Below, one piece after another: positions 27,365 through 36,578 of a DNA stretch of 64,000 bases. Position 1 is the first letter of the stretch. Every line of letters begins with the position of its first letter. The notes under the pieces are model-generated. The model ran no database searches. It had not been told where the DNA came from and was given only the letters and a program-made list of their open reading frames with translations. Position numbers and translations under genes: made by a program. The DNA lies in contig JBEKXF010000007.1 of the NCBI GenBank assembly GCA_049512315.1, positions 1-64,000 on the forward strand, read 5' to 3'. This DNA comes from Candidatus Aminicenantales bacterium. GTDB lineage: Bacteria > Acidobacteriota > Aminicenantia > Aminicenantales > Saccharicenantaceae.

Positions 27365-28327
27365 ATGAACGACCTCGAAAGAACTGTCGTCAGCAAGGGC
27401 CGGAGGTTCCTCCTCCGCGTGGAGACGTCCCACGAGGCTCGGGATTACCAGAAGTACGAGGACATCCGGAACAAGATCTGGGGTTTCCCCGACGACCATC
27501 TGGCCGGGACCCGGAACATGATGTGCGAGAACTTCCTGGCCGAGGGTGGCAGCCTTTTCATCGGGGCCTTCGCCGAGTCCCCGGGCGGGGGCTTCACCGC
27601 GGACGGGGAGAGCCTGGCCGGGTTCTGCTACGGGTTCGTGGGCATCGTGGATAAGGAGATCGGCTTCCGCGACCTCTCGAACCTCCGCTTCTATTCGCAG
27701 TTCGCCGGCGTCCGGCGGGGATACGAGGGTTATGGGCTGGGGGTCCTGATGAAGGAGTTCCAGCGCGACATCATCCTCGGCCGCTTCGGCATCGGCACCG
27801 TGATCTGCACCTTTGACCCCCTGACCGGGGTCAACGCCCGCCGGAACGTCCACCACTTCGGCATGGACGTCCTGGAATACAGGGTGGCGACCTACGGCGA
27901 GTACGGCGGGCTCCTCAACCGGTCCGACGTTGCCTCCGATCGGTTCCTCATGTCCTGGGATCTGACAAAGGCGCCGAGGGGAAATATGCCGCCTCCCGAC
28001 CCATCCCTTCGAGAGGCCGGCCGGATCTTCCACGTGGACAGACACTGGATCAAGGGGCGGACCTCGGATCTCGACCTTGAGGTCGTCCGGACCGCGGACC
28101 TGGATCCCTCCCAGGCCAAGTTATTGGCGCAGATTCCCGTTGATTTTTACCTCATGCTCCAGGAAACGGATGTCGCGGATCCTGACGTCCGGCGGATCCC
28201 CGTCGAGTGGCGGCTCCAGACCCGGCACGCTTTCCGGACGCTTTTCGCCCGGGGCTACCGGGTCACGGACTTCCTGAGCAAGGAGGGGAACCCGCCCGCC
28301 AACTATTACCTCCTGCGGAAGGGCTGA
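27365..28327 (+). CDS. GNAT-like acyltransferase (COG3375-type)
   Basis: YSQFAGV......GLG..MK..QR, TFDPL...NA..N, SDR....WDL, WR..TR..F; start 27350 or 27365. Confidence 0.75.
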   Translation: MNDLERTVVSKGRRFLLRVETSHEARDYQKYEDIRNKIWGFPDDHLAGTRNMMCENFLAEGGSLFIGAFAESPGGGFTADGESLAGFCYGFVGIVDKEIGFRDLSNLRFYSQFAGVRRGYEGYGLGVLMKEFQRDIILGRFGIGTVICTFDPLTGVNARRNVHHFGMDVLEYRVATYGEYGGLLNRSDVASDRFLMSWDLTKAPRGNMPPPDPSLREAGRIFHVDRHWIKGRTSDLDLEVVRTADLDPSQAKLLAQIPVDFYLMLQETDVADPDVRRIPVEWRLQTRHAFRTLFARGYRVTDFLSKEGNPPANYYLLRKG

Positions 28328-28480
28328 GCGAACAGCGCGGCGGTCCGGAATGGCGGGAGATGCGCGAGGCGGACAGGCCTCTGGACGAATCCGCGCCACG
28401 TGATATAATCGCGTCTTCGTGAGAAAAATCGCCTTATGAAAAGATTTTTTTCCGACCACGCGCGCTTTCAAGGAGTTCCA

Positions 28481-29722
28481 ATGAAAACCAAGTCTATTGC
28501 GCTCATCATTCTGGGCCTTTCCCTGCTCGCCTCCGGGGCCGGCCGGGCCGATCAGAAACCGGCAGGGGTTGAGGAAAGGGCCCGGGCTCTGCACCGGAAG
28601 ATCCTCACGGTCGATACTCACTGCGACACGGCCTTCAATCTCCTGCGGTCCGACTGGAAGATCGGCGACCGCCACGATCCCCTGAAGCGGGAGAGCGGCA
28701 AGATCGATCTTCCCCGGATGCGGGAGGGGGGCCTCGACGCGGAATTCTTCGCCGCGTTCGTCGGTCAGGGGCCGCGGACCCCGGAAGGGTACGCCAAGGC
28801 CAAGGAGGCCGCGGTCAAGATCATCGACGCGGTCGCGAAGATGACGGCGGACTATCCCGGGATGATCGGGCGCGCCCTGGCGCCCGCGGACGCCTACCGG
28901 CTCAAGCGCGAGGGAAAGCTCACGGCCTTTATGGGCATGGAGAACGGTTACCCCATCGGCCTGGACCTTTCCCTAGTCGAGTTTTATTACAGGAAGGGCG
29001 TCCGTTACATCACCCTCTGCCACACTTCGGACAACGATATCTGCGATTCGTCGACCGACCGCAAGGACAGCGAGGACAAGGGCCTGACCGAGTTCGGCCG
29101 CCGGGTCGTCGCCGAGTGCAACCGGCTGGGCATGATCGTGGACATCTCCCACGTCTCGGACAAGTCCTTTTATGATGTCCTCCAACTGACGAAGGCGCCC
29201 GTCATCGCCTCCCATTCGAGCGCCCGGGCCGTCTGCGACAACCCGCGGAACCTCTCGGACGACATGCTCCGGGCCCTCAAGAAGAACGGCGGTGTCATCC
29301 AGATCTGTTTCCTCGGGAACTACGTCAAGAAACCGCCCCCGAACCCCGAACGCGACAAGGCCCTCAAGGAGCTCGAATCCAAATACGGCAACTTCCGGGC
29401 CGTCCGGGACGAGGCCGTCCGTGAGAAGGCCATGGCGGAATACGCCGTGATCAACGAGAAATTTCCCCAGGACAAACCGACCGTCAAGGACCTCGTCGAC
29501 CACATCGACCACGTCCGGAAGACGATCGGCGTGGATTATGTCGGGATCGGCACGGATTTCGACGGCGGCGGCGGGGTCTTGGGTTGCGACGACGTGAGCG
29601 GCATAATCCATGTGACCGAGGAACTCATCCGCCGTGGATACACGGACAAGGAGATCGAGAAGATCTGGGGCGGGAACTTCATGAGGGTCTTCAACAAGGT
29701 CATTGAGCTCCGGAAAAAATAG
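28481..29722 (+). CDS. Membrane dipeptidase (peptidase M19), exported
   Basis: DTHCDT, GMENG, YITLCH, VDISH, IASHS, RN.SD, GIGTDFDG, GGNF.RV; signal peptide. Confidence 0.94.
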   Translation: MKTKSIALIILGLSLLASGAGRADQKPAGVEERARALHRKILTVDTHCDTAFNLLRSDWKIGDRHDPLKRESGKIDLPRMREGGLDAEFFAAFVGQGPRTPEGYAKAKEAAVKIIDAVAKMTADYPGMIGRALAPADAYRLKREGKLTAFMGMENGYPIGLDLSLVEFYYRKGVRYITLCHTSDNDICDSSTDRKDSEDKGLTEFGRRVVAECNRLGMIVDISHVSDKSFYDVLQLTKAPVIASHSSARAVCDNPRNLSDDMLRALKKNGGVIQICFLGNYVKKPPPNPERDKALKELESKYGNFRAVRDEAVREKAMAEYAVINEKFPQDKPTVKDLVDHIDHVRKTIGVDYVGIGTDFDGGGGVLGCDDVSGIIHVTEELIRRGYTDKEIEKIWGGNFMRVFNKVIELRKK

Positions 29723-29731
29723 CCCGGAAAA

Positions 29732-29748
29732 TGTAAAATAAATTTACA
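29732..29748. promoter_or_regulatory. Palindromic enhancer-like site TGTAAA-N5-TTTACA (copy 1)
   Basis: tgtaaa ataaa tttaca, centre about 106 bp upstream of the predicted sigma54 +1. Confidence 0.75.
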
Positions 29749-29819
29749 GTCCGGGTCTCTATTTCCCCGGCGGCGTCCATTCTTCATCCGTTCCAGGATG
29801 GGAGCCACCGCATCCTCGT

Positions 29820-29835
29820 TGGCATGAACCTTGCT
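29820..29835 (+). promoter_or_regulatory. sigma54 (-24/-12) promoter of the SBP-HK-NtrC operon
   Basis: TGGCATGAACCTTGCT, GG-N10-GC, near-consensus. Confidence 0.8.
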
Positions 29836-29924
29836 CTTTTGCTGTCCCTATGATCTGAGCTCGAATGATGCCCGTTGCTTGGGGTGCAATTTCCGCGGAT
29901 TTTAGCTAAGATGATGGATATCCC

Positions 29925-31556
29925 ATGTTGAACGCGCGCCGCTTCATCGGCTTCCCCCTTTTTTTTCTCTGCCTGGCCGCCGTCGGGACGGCCGGACTCC
30001 TCCTTCGAAAAAGCCCTGAGGAAGAGCCTCAGGCCGGCGGCACCCTGGTGATCAAGGCCTATCAGACCCCCTTCAATCCGGTCTTCGATCCGGCCGCGTC
30101 GGCCTCGCACTATTTTGTGATCGAGCAGCTCTTCGACGGGCTGGTCAAATTCGACAACAATTTCGGGATCATCCCCGCCTTGGCCGAGTACTGGACGATC
30201 TCGGACGACGGAAAAAGGATCACTTTTTACCTGCGCAAGGGCGTCAGGTTCCATCACGGCCGGGAGATGACGGCCGAGGACGTCAAGTTCTCGCTGGAGC
30301 GGCTGATCCAGAACCGTCCGGGGAACACGTGCTACCAATATTTCACGGGGAAAGTCGCCGGCTCCGAGGATTTCTGGCAGGGGAAGGCGGCCGAGGTCAG
30401 CGGCTTTCGGGTCCTGGACAGATACACGTTCGAGATCCAGTGGATGCGGCCCTCCGTCTCGGGCCTTTACCTGCTGGGCATGTATTACTGCAAGATCCTG
30501 CCGAAAGACCTCCTCTTGGCCCAAGGCAGGAACTTCTTCCAGAAGCCCATCGGGACGGGGCCTTTCAAATTCTCTTCCTGGCTGCGGGACGAGCGGAACC
30601 CGAGGCTCGGGGCCCTGGGTGTCCGGCTGGAGAGGAACTACCTGTATTTCGGGAAAAAACCCTACCTGGACGCCCTGGAGTATTCGCCCAATTTCACCGA
30701 TAGCCAATTCCAGGACGGGCTCGTCCATGTCATCCCGGTGACGTCCGATAGCCTCCTCGACAAGAGGCTCCAGGTCCTGGAGAACAATTCGCTCCGGTCG
30801 GCCTCGCTGGCCCTGAGCTGCCACATCCCCCCTCTGGACCGGGCCGACGTCCGGAAAGCCCTGGCCCTGGGGATGAACAAGGCCAGGCTGACCGAAGCCG
30901 CGTATTCGGCCTCTTCCGTCCCCCAGGTGACGCAGAACTACATCCCGCCCCTTCTGCCCGGTTTTTTCCCGAGGGACATGAGCCCCGTCTGCGACCCGGA
31001 AAAGGCCCGGATGCTGCTGGCCCGGCTCCTGCCTGAGACGGGCGGCCGCCTGACCTTGACCCTGGCCTTTGTCCTGCCGAAAAGGGACTTCGACCTGAAC
31101 CTCAGCAGAGAGCTCGAGAGGGAGCTCGAAGCGATTGGGGTCAAGCTGGACGTGAGATACCTCAAGGCGGCCGAGAACATCCGGGACATCCGCGGCCCGT
31201 ACCTGAAGTTCCTGGAGTGGAACATGGACTTCCCGGACCCCGAGAACGTCATCCTGCCTCTTTTCGGCTCCCGGTCCCTCACGAACCAGTTCAATTCCCA
31301 TTACTCGAATCCCCGCCTGGACGCCCTGCTCGAGCAGTCTGAGGTCGAGCCGAGCTGGGAGCGGCGGACCGACCTTTTCCGGCAGATGGAGCAGGTCCTT
31401 TATGAGGAGGTCCCCGCGATCCCGCTCTTTTCGGAGCGGGTCAGGATCGCGCTTCGTCCGATAGTCCGGGGGGCGAAGCTCCCGGCCTTGGGCTTCTTTT
31501 TCCTGGATACCAAGGAGATCTGGCTGGATCGAAAAGAAAAATCCGGTGAAGATTAA
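29925..31556 (+). CDS. Family-5 (OppA/DppA-like) solute-binding protein, no cognate permease nearby
   Basis: LFDGLV, PALAE.W.IS.DG...TF.LRKGV.FH.G...TAEDVKFS, PIGTGPF, D.PDP, YSNP..D.LL. Confidence 0.9.
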   Translation: MLNARRFIGFPLFFLCLAAVGTAGLLLRKSPEEEPQAGGTLVIKAYQTPFNPVFDPAASASHYFVIEQLFDGLVKFDNNFGIIPALAEYWTISDDGKRITFYLRKGVRFHHGREMTAEDVKFSLERLIQNRPGNTCYQYFTGKVAGSEDFWQGKAAEVSGFRVLDRYTFEIQWMRPSVSGLYLLGMYYCKILPKDLLLAQGRNFFQKPIGTGPFKFSSWLRDERNPRLGALGVRLERNYLYFGKKPYLDALEYSPNFTDSQFQDGLVHVIPVTSDSLLDKRLQVLENNSLRSASLALSCHIPPLDRADVRKALALGMNKARLTEAAYSASSVPQVTQNYIPPLLPGFFPRDMSPVCDPEKARMLLARLLPETGGRLTLTLAFVLPKRDFDLNLSRELERELEAIGVKLDVRYLKAAENIRDIRGPYLKFLEWNMDFPDPENVILPLFGSRSLTNQFNSHYSNPRLDALLEQSEVEPSWERRTDLFRQMEQVLYEEVPAIPLFSERVRIALRPIVRGAKLPALGFFFLDTKEIWLDRKEKSGED

Positions 31557-33003
31557 GCTGTCGATCTACAAGCGTCTCATCTTCTGGATCACCCTCCTCG
31601 TCTGTATCCTGGTCGGGGCCGTCCTGTTCGTCATCCAGCGGCGCGAGGTCCAGACGCTTTTCGAGCAGGCCCGCGGCCGGGCCGTCCTGATCGCCAGGCA
31701 CATGGCCGAGATCAATCAGCAGCCCCTCGTCCGGTACGATACCGAGACCATCAAGGCGAACATCGATCAGCAGGTCGACGACCAGCTGCCGTATATCATT
31801 TTTTACGATCGGTCCGGGGCGCCCTTCGTGGCCAACGAGCTGGTCCGGTCCCAGGCCGATATCCTGGGCCGCAGTCATTTTGACGAGGATGTCCAGCCGG
31901 ACGCCGAGTTCACCGCGACCCGGCGCATCCAGCTCCAGGACCGGCGGCTGAGGGTCCTCGAAGTCGAGATCCCCGTCTTCCTGCCGGGGAGCGTCAGGAA
32001 GTGGGCCTCAGTCAAGATCGGCCACTCCCTGGAGCCCATGTATGCCGACCTCCGGTCGGTCCGGTTCGTCCTCATCCTCGTCGGGTTCGGCGGGTTCCTC
32101 CTGGGCGTTCTCGGAGCCACCGTGTTGGCGAAAAGGATCACCCGGCCTCTCCGGAAGCTCGTCGACGGCACCGTCAGGCTCTCGAAGGGCGATTTTTCCC
32201 AAGCCATCGATATCCCGCCCGGGGACGAAATCGGGGAGCTGGCCCGGAGTTTCAACGACATGACCGGCCAGCTCCTCCAGACGCGGGAGAGGATGGCCTC
32301 GGCCAACCGGAAGCTCGTCCAGGCCGAAAAGCTGGCCAGCATCGGGCGCCTGGCGGCGACCATCGCCCACGAGATCCGGAATCCTCTGACCTCGGTCAAG
32401 CTCAACATCCAGAAGATCGCAGAGGACGAAAAGCTCGGCGAGGCCGAGCGGGAACACCTCGGGCTCTCCATGGAAGGCATCGGCCAGATCGAGAAGTTCA
32501 TCAAGGGGCTCCTTTATTTCACCCGGGTCGCGGACCTCAACCTGGACCGCTTCCCGCTGGAACAGGTCCTTGAGGAGTCCTTCAAGATGCTCAGGGACAC
32601 CCTGGACCAGAAGGGGATCAGCGTCGAAAAAGATTACGCCGCCGGCTTGCCGCCCGTTCTTGTGGACGGCGACAAGATGAGGCAGGTCTTCCTCAACGTC
32701 CTGAGGAACGCGGAGGAGGCCCTCGACGCCGGCGGGCGTATTTCCGTTTCGATGGGCATGGCGGCCGAGGGCGGACAAAAAAGGATCCGGGTCCGGATCT
32801 CGGACGACGGCCCGGGCATTCCCGAGAAGGACCGGGACAACATCTTCGAGCCCTTCTTCACCACCAAGCCCTCGGGGTTCGGGCTGGGGCTCGCCAACGC
32901 CCGGAAGATCGTCGAGCAGCACAACGGGACCATCAAGCTCGTCCGGAAGCGGGGACGGGGGACCTCGTTCGTCATTCTCATCCCGTGCGAGGAGGGGACA
33001 TGA
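31546..33003 (+). CDS. Two-TM HAMP sensor histidine kinase
   Basis: DEIGELARSFN HAMP, AHEIRNPL H-box, NVLRNA, DDGPGI, FEPFFTTK, GFGLGL. Confidence 0.96.
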   Translation: MKIKLSIYKRLIFWITLLVCILVGAVLFVIQRREVQTLFEQARGRAVLIARHMAEINQQPLVRYDTETIKANIDQQVDDQLPYIIFYDRSGAPFVANELVRSQADILGRSHFDEDVQPDAEFTATRRIQLQDRRLRVLEVEIPVFLPGSVRKWASVKIGHSLEPMYADLRSVRFVLILVGFGGFLLGVLGATVLAKRITRPLRKLVDGTVRLSKGDFSQAIDIPPGDEIGELARSFNDMTGQLLQTRERMASANRKLVQAEKLASIGRLAATIAHEIRNPLTSVKLNIQKIAEDEKLGEAEREHLGLSMEGIGQIEKFIKGLLYFTRVADLNLDRFPLEQVLEESFKMLRDTLDQKGISVEKDYAAGLPPVLVDGDKMRQVFLNVLRNAEEALDAGGRISVSMGMAAEGGQKRIRVRISDDGPGIPEKDRDNIFEPFFTTKPSGFGLGLANARKIVEQHNGTIKLVRKRGRGTSFVILIPCEEGT

Positions 33004-34340
33004 AATCCATCCTGATCATCGAAGACGACGCCCTGGTCCGGCGGACCCTGACATCCCAGCTCGCCAAGGGGGGCTTCGAGGTCATCGCCACCGAGAACGG
33101 AGAGGGCGGGGTGCGGGCCTACGTCGAGAACAATCCCGACCTCGTCCTCCTGGACATCCGGCTGCCGGACATCGACGGGCTGGAGGTCCTGCGAAAGATC
33201 AAGGAGAGGAACCGGCGGGCCATCATCCTTGTCATGACGGCCTTCGACGACATGAAGACGACCGTCGAAGCCATCAAGCTCGGTGCCTACGAGTACCTCG
33301 TCAAACCCCTCAACACCGCCGAGCTCGGCCTGACCATCGAAAAGGCTTTCCAGGTCCGGGCCCTGGAGGAGAAGGTCAGCTACCTCGTCGAAGAGAAGCA
33401 GAAGGAGTACACGATCGACAACATCGTCGGCCACTCCCCCCAGATGAGGGGGGTTTTCAAGATGATCGGCTCGGTAGCCAACACCCGGACCAACATCCTC
33501 ATCCAGGGCGAGAGCGGGACGGGCAAGGAGCTCGTGGCCAAGGCCATCCATTACAACAGCCCCTACCGGGACGAGCCCTTCATCGTCATCAACTGCTCCG
33601 CCATCTCCGACACGCTCCTCGAGAGCGAGCTCTTCGGCCATGTCAAGGGCGCGTTCACCGACGCCGTCTGCGAGACGAAGGGCAAGTTCGAGATCGCCGG
33701 GAAGGGGACCCTCTTCCTGGACGAGGTCGGGGACGTTTCCCCCAACCTCCAGTCCAAGCTCCTCCGGGTCATCGAGACCAGGGACTTCATGAAGGTCGGC
33801 GGCGAAAAGGTCCTCAAGACCGAGGCCCGGATCATCGCGGCCACGAACCAGAACCTCAGGGCCCTGATCGAGAAAGGACGGTTCCGGGAGGACCTCTATT
33901 ACCGGCTCAAGGTCGTCGAGATCATGCTGCCGCCGCTCCGGGAGAGGCGCGAAGATATCCCGGACCTCACGGCCTACCTCCTCGAGAAGATCAACCGCGA
34001 CCTCCGGCGGAATGTCCGGAAGGTCCCGCCCGACGTCATGAAGATCCTCACGGACCTTCCCTGGAGGGGCAATGTCCGGGAGCTCGAGAACGCCCTGACC
34101 CGGGCCGTCATCCTAGCCAAGGGGGACATCGTCCTCAAGGAAAACCTGCCCGTCGATCACGACGAGAAGAGCTCTTTTCCAAGCGAGCTCGTCTCTCTCG
34201 ACAAGGTCGAAAAGAGCTACATCCAGCACGTCCTCAGCGCGGTCAAGGGCAGCAAGACTAGGGCCAGTCAGATCCTCGAGATCAGCCGTCCCACGCTGGA
34301 CAAGAAGATCAAGGACTACGGTCTGGATACCGACGTCTGA
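33000..34340 (+). CDS. sigma54-dependent NtrC-family response regulator
   Basis: REC domain (IEDD, LLDI.LP), GESGTGKE, ESELFGHVKGAFTDA (GAFTGA variant), FLDEV, WRGNVRELEN, Fis-type HTH. Confidence 0.96.
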   Translation: MKSILIIEDDALVRRTLTSQLAKGGFEVIATENGEGGVRAYVENNPDLVLLDIRLPDIDGLEVLRKIKERNRRAIILVMTAFDDMKTTVEAIKLGAYEYLVKPLNTAELGLTIEKAFQVRALEEKVSYLVEEKQKEYTIDNIVGHSPQMRGVFKMIGSVANTRTNILIQGESGTGKELVAKAIHYNSPYRDEPFIVINCSAISDTLLESELFGHVKGAFTDAVCETKGKFEIAGKGTLFLDEVGDVSPNLQSKLLRVIETRDFMKVGGEKVLKTEARIIAATNQNLRALIEKGRFREDLYYRLKVVEIMLPPLRERREDIPDLTAYLLEKINRDLRRNVRKVPPDVMKILTDLPWRGNVRELENALTRAVILAKGDIVLKENLPVDHDEKSSFPSELVSLDKVEKSYIQHVLSAVKGSKTRASQILEISRPTLDKKIKDYGLDTDV

Positions 34341-34364
34341 TCGTGTCGAACTTGGGACCGCCGG

Positions 34365-34381
34365 TGTAAATGAAGTTTACA
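34365..34381. promoter_or_regulatory. Palindromic enhancer-like site TGTAAA-N5-TTTACA (copy 2)
   Basis: tgtaaa tgaag tttaca, centre about 95 bp upstream of the predicted sigma54 +1. Confidence 0.75.
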
Positions 34382-34441
34382 GGCGGGAAGGAATTTTGCC
34401 TCCGGCGGGGCGGTTCCCCGCCGGCGTCAGGGGCAGGCGGG

Positions 34442-34457
34442 TGGCATAAAATATGCA
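34442..34457 (+). promoter_or_regulatory. sigma54 (-24/-12) promoter with no credible downstream plus-strand CDS
   Basis: TGGCATAAAATATGCA, GG-N10-GC. Confidence 0.7.
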
Positions 34458-34467
34458 TTCAAAATGG

Positions 34468-34578
34468 GCGTGATGCGAAAGGTCGATCAAAAACTCCATT
34501 CCCCGATACCCTTCCATAACCCTCCTTCTTTTTGTTCCGGAGCGAGGGGTGCCGCGGGGGCACCCCCCCTCTGTTTTT
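34468..34578 (+). ncRNA. Putative sigma54-dependent small RNA with C/U-rich core
   Basis: Lies between a sigma54 promoter and a hairpin plus U tract; core actccattccccgatacccttccataaccctccttctttt; no SD-led ORF. Confidence 0.55.
34544..34578 (+). terminator. Intrinsic terminator of the putative sRNA
   Basis: ggggtgcc/ggcacccc stem (34546-34566) then ctgttttt. Confidence 0.65.
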
Positions 34579-34593
34579 CCTGACCTGCGGAAT

Positions 34594-35337
34594 TCAACTC
34601 AGACCCTGGGACCGTCCCGGGACCTTTTCGGCGGGTTTTTTCGCCCAGAACGTCCCGAAGATCGTATCGCTCCAGACGAGCTCGCAGTGGACGAAGCCGG
34701 CAGCCCGCAGCCATCCCAGCCACGCCTGCTGGGAGACGGGGAAGTAGGCCGGGCGGTTGCGGAGGTGCCATTCCTGGATATCCTGCCTCCTGGCCCCCAT
34801 CCCCATGACGTCCCGCTCCCATTGCTTCCAGACCCCGTCCCCGGCCGGAGCCACGTCCAGCATGACGGAGAATGCGAAGATGCCTCCCGGCTTGAGGGAC
34901 CAGAAGACGTTCCGGCAGACGGCTTCTTTTTCCTCGGGGGAGGCCAGGAAGTGGAGGGCCAGGTTGGAGAGGACGTAGTCGAACGCCGTCGCCCTCGCGT
35001 AGCGGGTGATGCTCCGGCACTCGAGCTCCACCCACTCGGCCGAGCGGCCGAGCCGTTCCCTGGAGGCCTGGATCATGGACGGCTCGGGGTCCACCGACGT
35101 CAGCCTGATGTACGGCTTCTCCTCGAGGAGGCGGGCGCTGAGGATTCCGGTCCGGCAGCCCAGTTCGAGAACGGGAGAGCAGTCCTCATCCATGAGGAGC
35201 ATGGATTCGAGCAGCGATTCCAGGATATCGGCCTGGCAGGGGACGAAATAGCGGATCTCCCTGTCGAAGGCCTCAGGGTTGCGGACCAGGTGGTGGCGCC
35301 CGGGTTCCGGGCGGACTGGGGCTTGCGACTCATCCAT
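34594..35337 (-). CDS. Class I SAM-dependent methyltransferase (CmoA-like)
   Basis: VLELGCRTG, FD.V.S.LALH, LKPGG.F. Confidence 0.85.
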   Translation of the reverse strand: MDESQAPVRPEPGRHHLVRNPEAFDREIRYFVPCQADILESLLESMLLMDEDCSPVLELGCRTGILSARLLEEKPYIRLTSVDPEPSMIQASRERLGRSAEWVELECRSITRYARATAFDYVLSNLALHFLASPEEKEAVCRNVFWSLKPGGIFAFSVMLDVAPAGDGVWKQWERDVMGMGARRQDIQEWHLRNRPAYFPVSQQAWLGWLRAAGFVHCELVWSDTIFGTFWAKKPAEKVPGRSQGLS

Positions 35338-35545
35338 CAGGACCTGATCCTCCGCGGGTTTCGAATTCCGCCTCTCTTTTAGTCGGACGGCCGGGACGGA
35401 TTCCGCAAAGACATGAGCCTTTTCCGTTGATCCCCCGGCCGGGGGCGTCACATCTTTTATGATCCGACGTTCGGACCAGCCTGGGACGCCTCCATGAAAA
35501 GCTCCATTTTGATATAATGAAGCGGTTGGGCGCGAGGCCCTCAAC

Positions 35546-36181
35546 ATGCAGGATGGCATTTTTCTTGACAGGGTCGAAAAAGGTCTTCGGGCCCCCCTCC
35601 CCGGCATCCCCGCCCAGCTCCGCATGGCGCCTGACCCCCGCCCGCAGAGCCACAAAGCCTATTTCGAGGTCGAGGGAACCTCTCTCAAGGCGGGCGTCCT
35701 GCTCCTCCTCTACGAAAAAGGAGGCCGGCTGCACCTCCTCCTGACCCGGAGGACGGAACGGGTCCTCCACCACCCCGGCCAGATCTCCTTTCCGGGCGGG
35801 GAGCAGCATCCGGGGGAGTCCATCGAAGCCACGGCCCTCCGCGAAACGAAGGAAGAATTGGGAGTGGACCTCGAGGCGGCGCGGACCTTGGGCCGGTTGA
35901 CCCCGCTTTACATCGCGCCGAGCAACTATTGCGTTTATCCGACCGTGATTTTTCTTCCCGGCGAGCCGCTCTTCACGCTCCAGCCCGACGAAGTGGCTGA
36001 AGTCATCGAAATCCCGGTCAGCCATCTGGCGGAGCCGGCGAATCGCCGCCGGGAGACCCGGACGATCGGTGACAGAATGGCGAATGTCCCTTTCTACGAT
36101 TTCCAGGGCCACAAGATCTGGGGGGCCACGGCCATGGTCCTGGCCGAGTTCCTGGCTCTCCTCGAATCATCCCCGGCGTGA
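35546..36181 (+). CDS. Nudix hydrolase, CoA pyrophosphatase type
   Basis: LLTRR...H.GQISFPGG, ALRETKEELG Nudix box, IWGATA. Confidence 0.93.
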   Translation: MQDGIFLDRVEKGLRAPLPGIPAQLRMAPDPRPQSHKAYFEVEGTSLKAGVLLLLYEKGGRLHLLLTRRTERVLHHPGQISFPGGEQHPGESIEATALRETKEELGVDLEAARTLGRLTPLYIAPSNYCVYPTVIFLPGEPLFTLQPDEVAEVIEIPVSHLAEPANRRRETRTIGDRMANVPFYDFQGHKIWGATAMVLAEFLALLESSPA

Positions 36182-36190
36182 GGATTTCCC

Positions 36191-36511
36191 ATGAGAACAT
36201 ACCACCATCTCGGCATCCCGACGGATACTCCGCGCGAGGGCGAGGCCTATCTTCCGGAGTATAAGGTCTATCATTTCGGGTACGAAACAAGCCCCTACGG
36301 CATCGAATGGATGCGCTACGAGCCCGGCTGCCCGCTGCCGGACATCGTCCAGAAAATCCCCCATGTCGCCTTCAAGGTGGATGACTTAGCCGCCGAGATC
36401 GCCGGGAAGGACGTGATCATCCCCCCGAACAGCCCGTCCCCCGGCGTGACCGTCGCCTTCATCGTCGACAATGGTGCCCCGATCGAATTCCTGCAGTTCG
36501 ACAAGAAATAG
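36191..36511 (+). CDS. VOC/glyoxalase-fold hypothetical protein
   Basis: YHHLGIP, HVAFKVDDL, NGAPIEF. Confidence 0.75.
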   Translation: MRTYHHLGIPTDTPREGEAYLPEYKVYHFGYETSPYGIEWMRYEPGCPLPDIVQKIPHVAFKVDDLAAEIAGKDVIIPPNSPSPGVTVAFIVDNGAPIEFLQFDKK

Positions 36512-36578
36512 CCGCCGGTCTTGATTGCCCGTCCGAAGGCCTATACAATACTGTCCTGAAATGAATCGAGGTCCGGCC

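Noticed and set aside
34490..34535. Minus-strand GGA repeats resembling CsrA/RsmA-binding sRNA motifs
   Set aside because: Promoter and U tract are both on the plus strand, and the GGA motifs are not in stem-loops
34464..34583. 39-codon plus-strand ORF (MGVMRKVDQKLHSP...) over the putative sRNA
   Set aside because: First ATG is upstream of the predicted +1, no SD, atypical codons, and it runs through the terminator; not fully excluded
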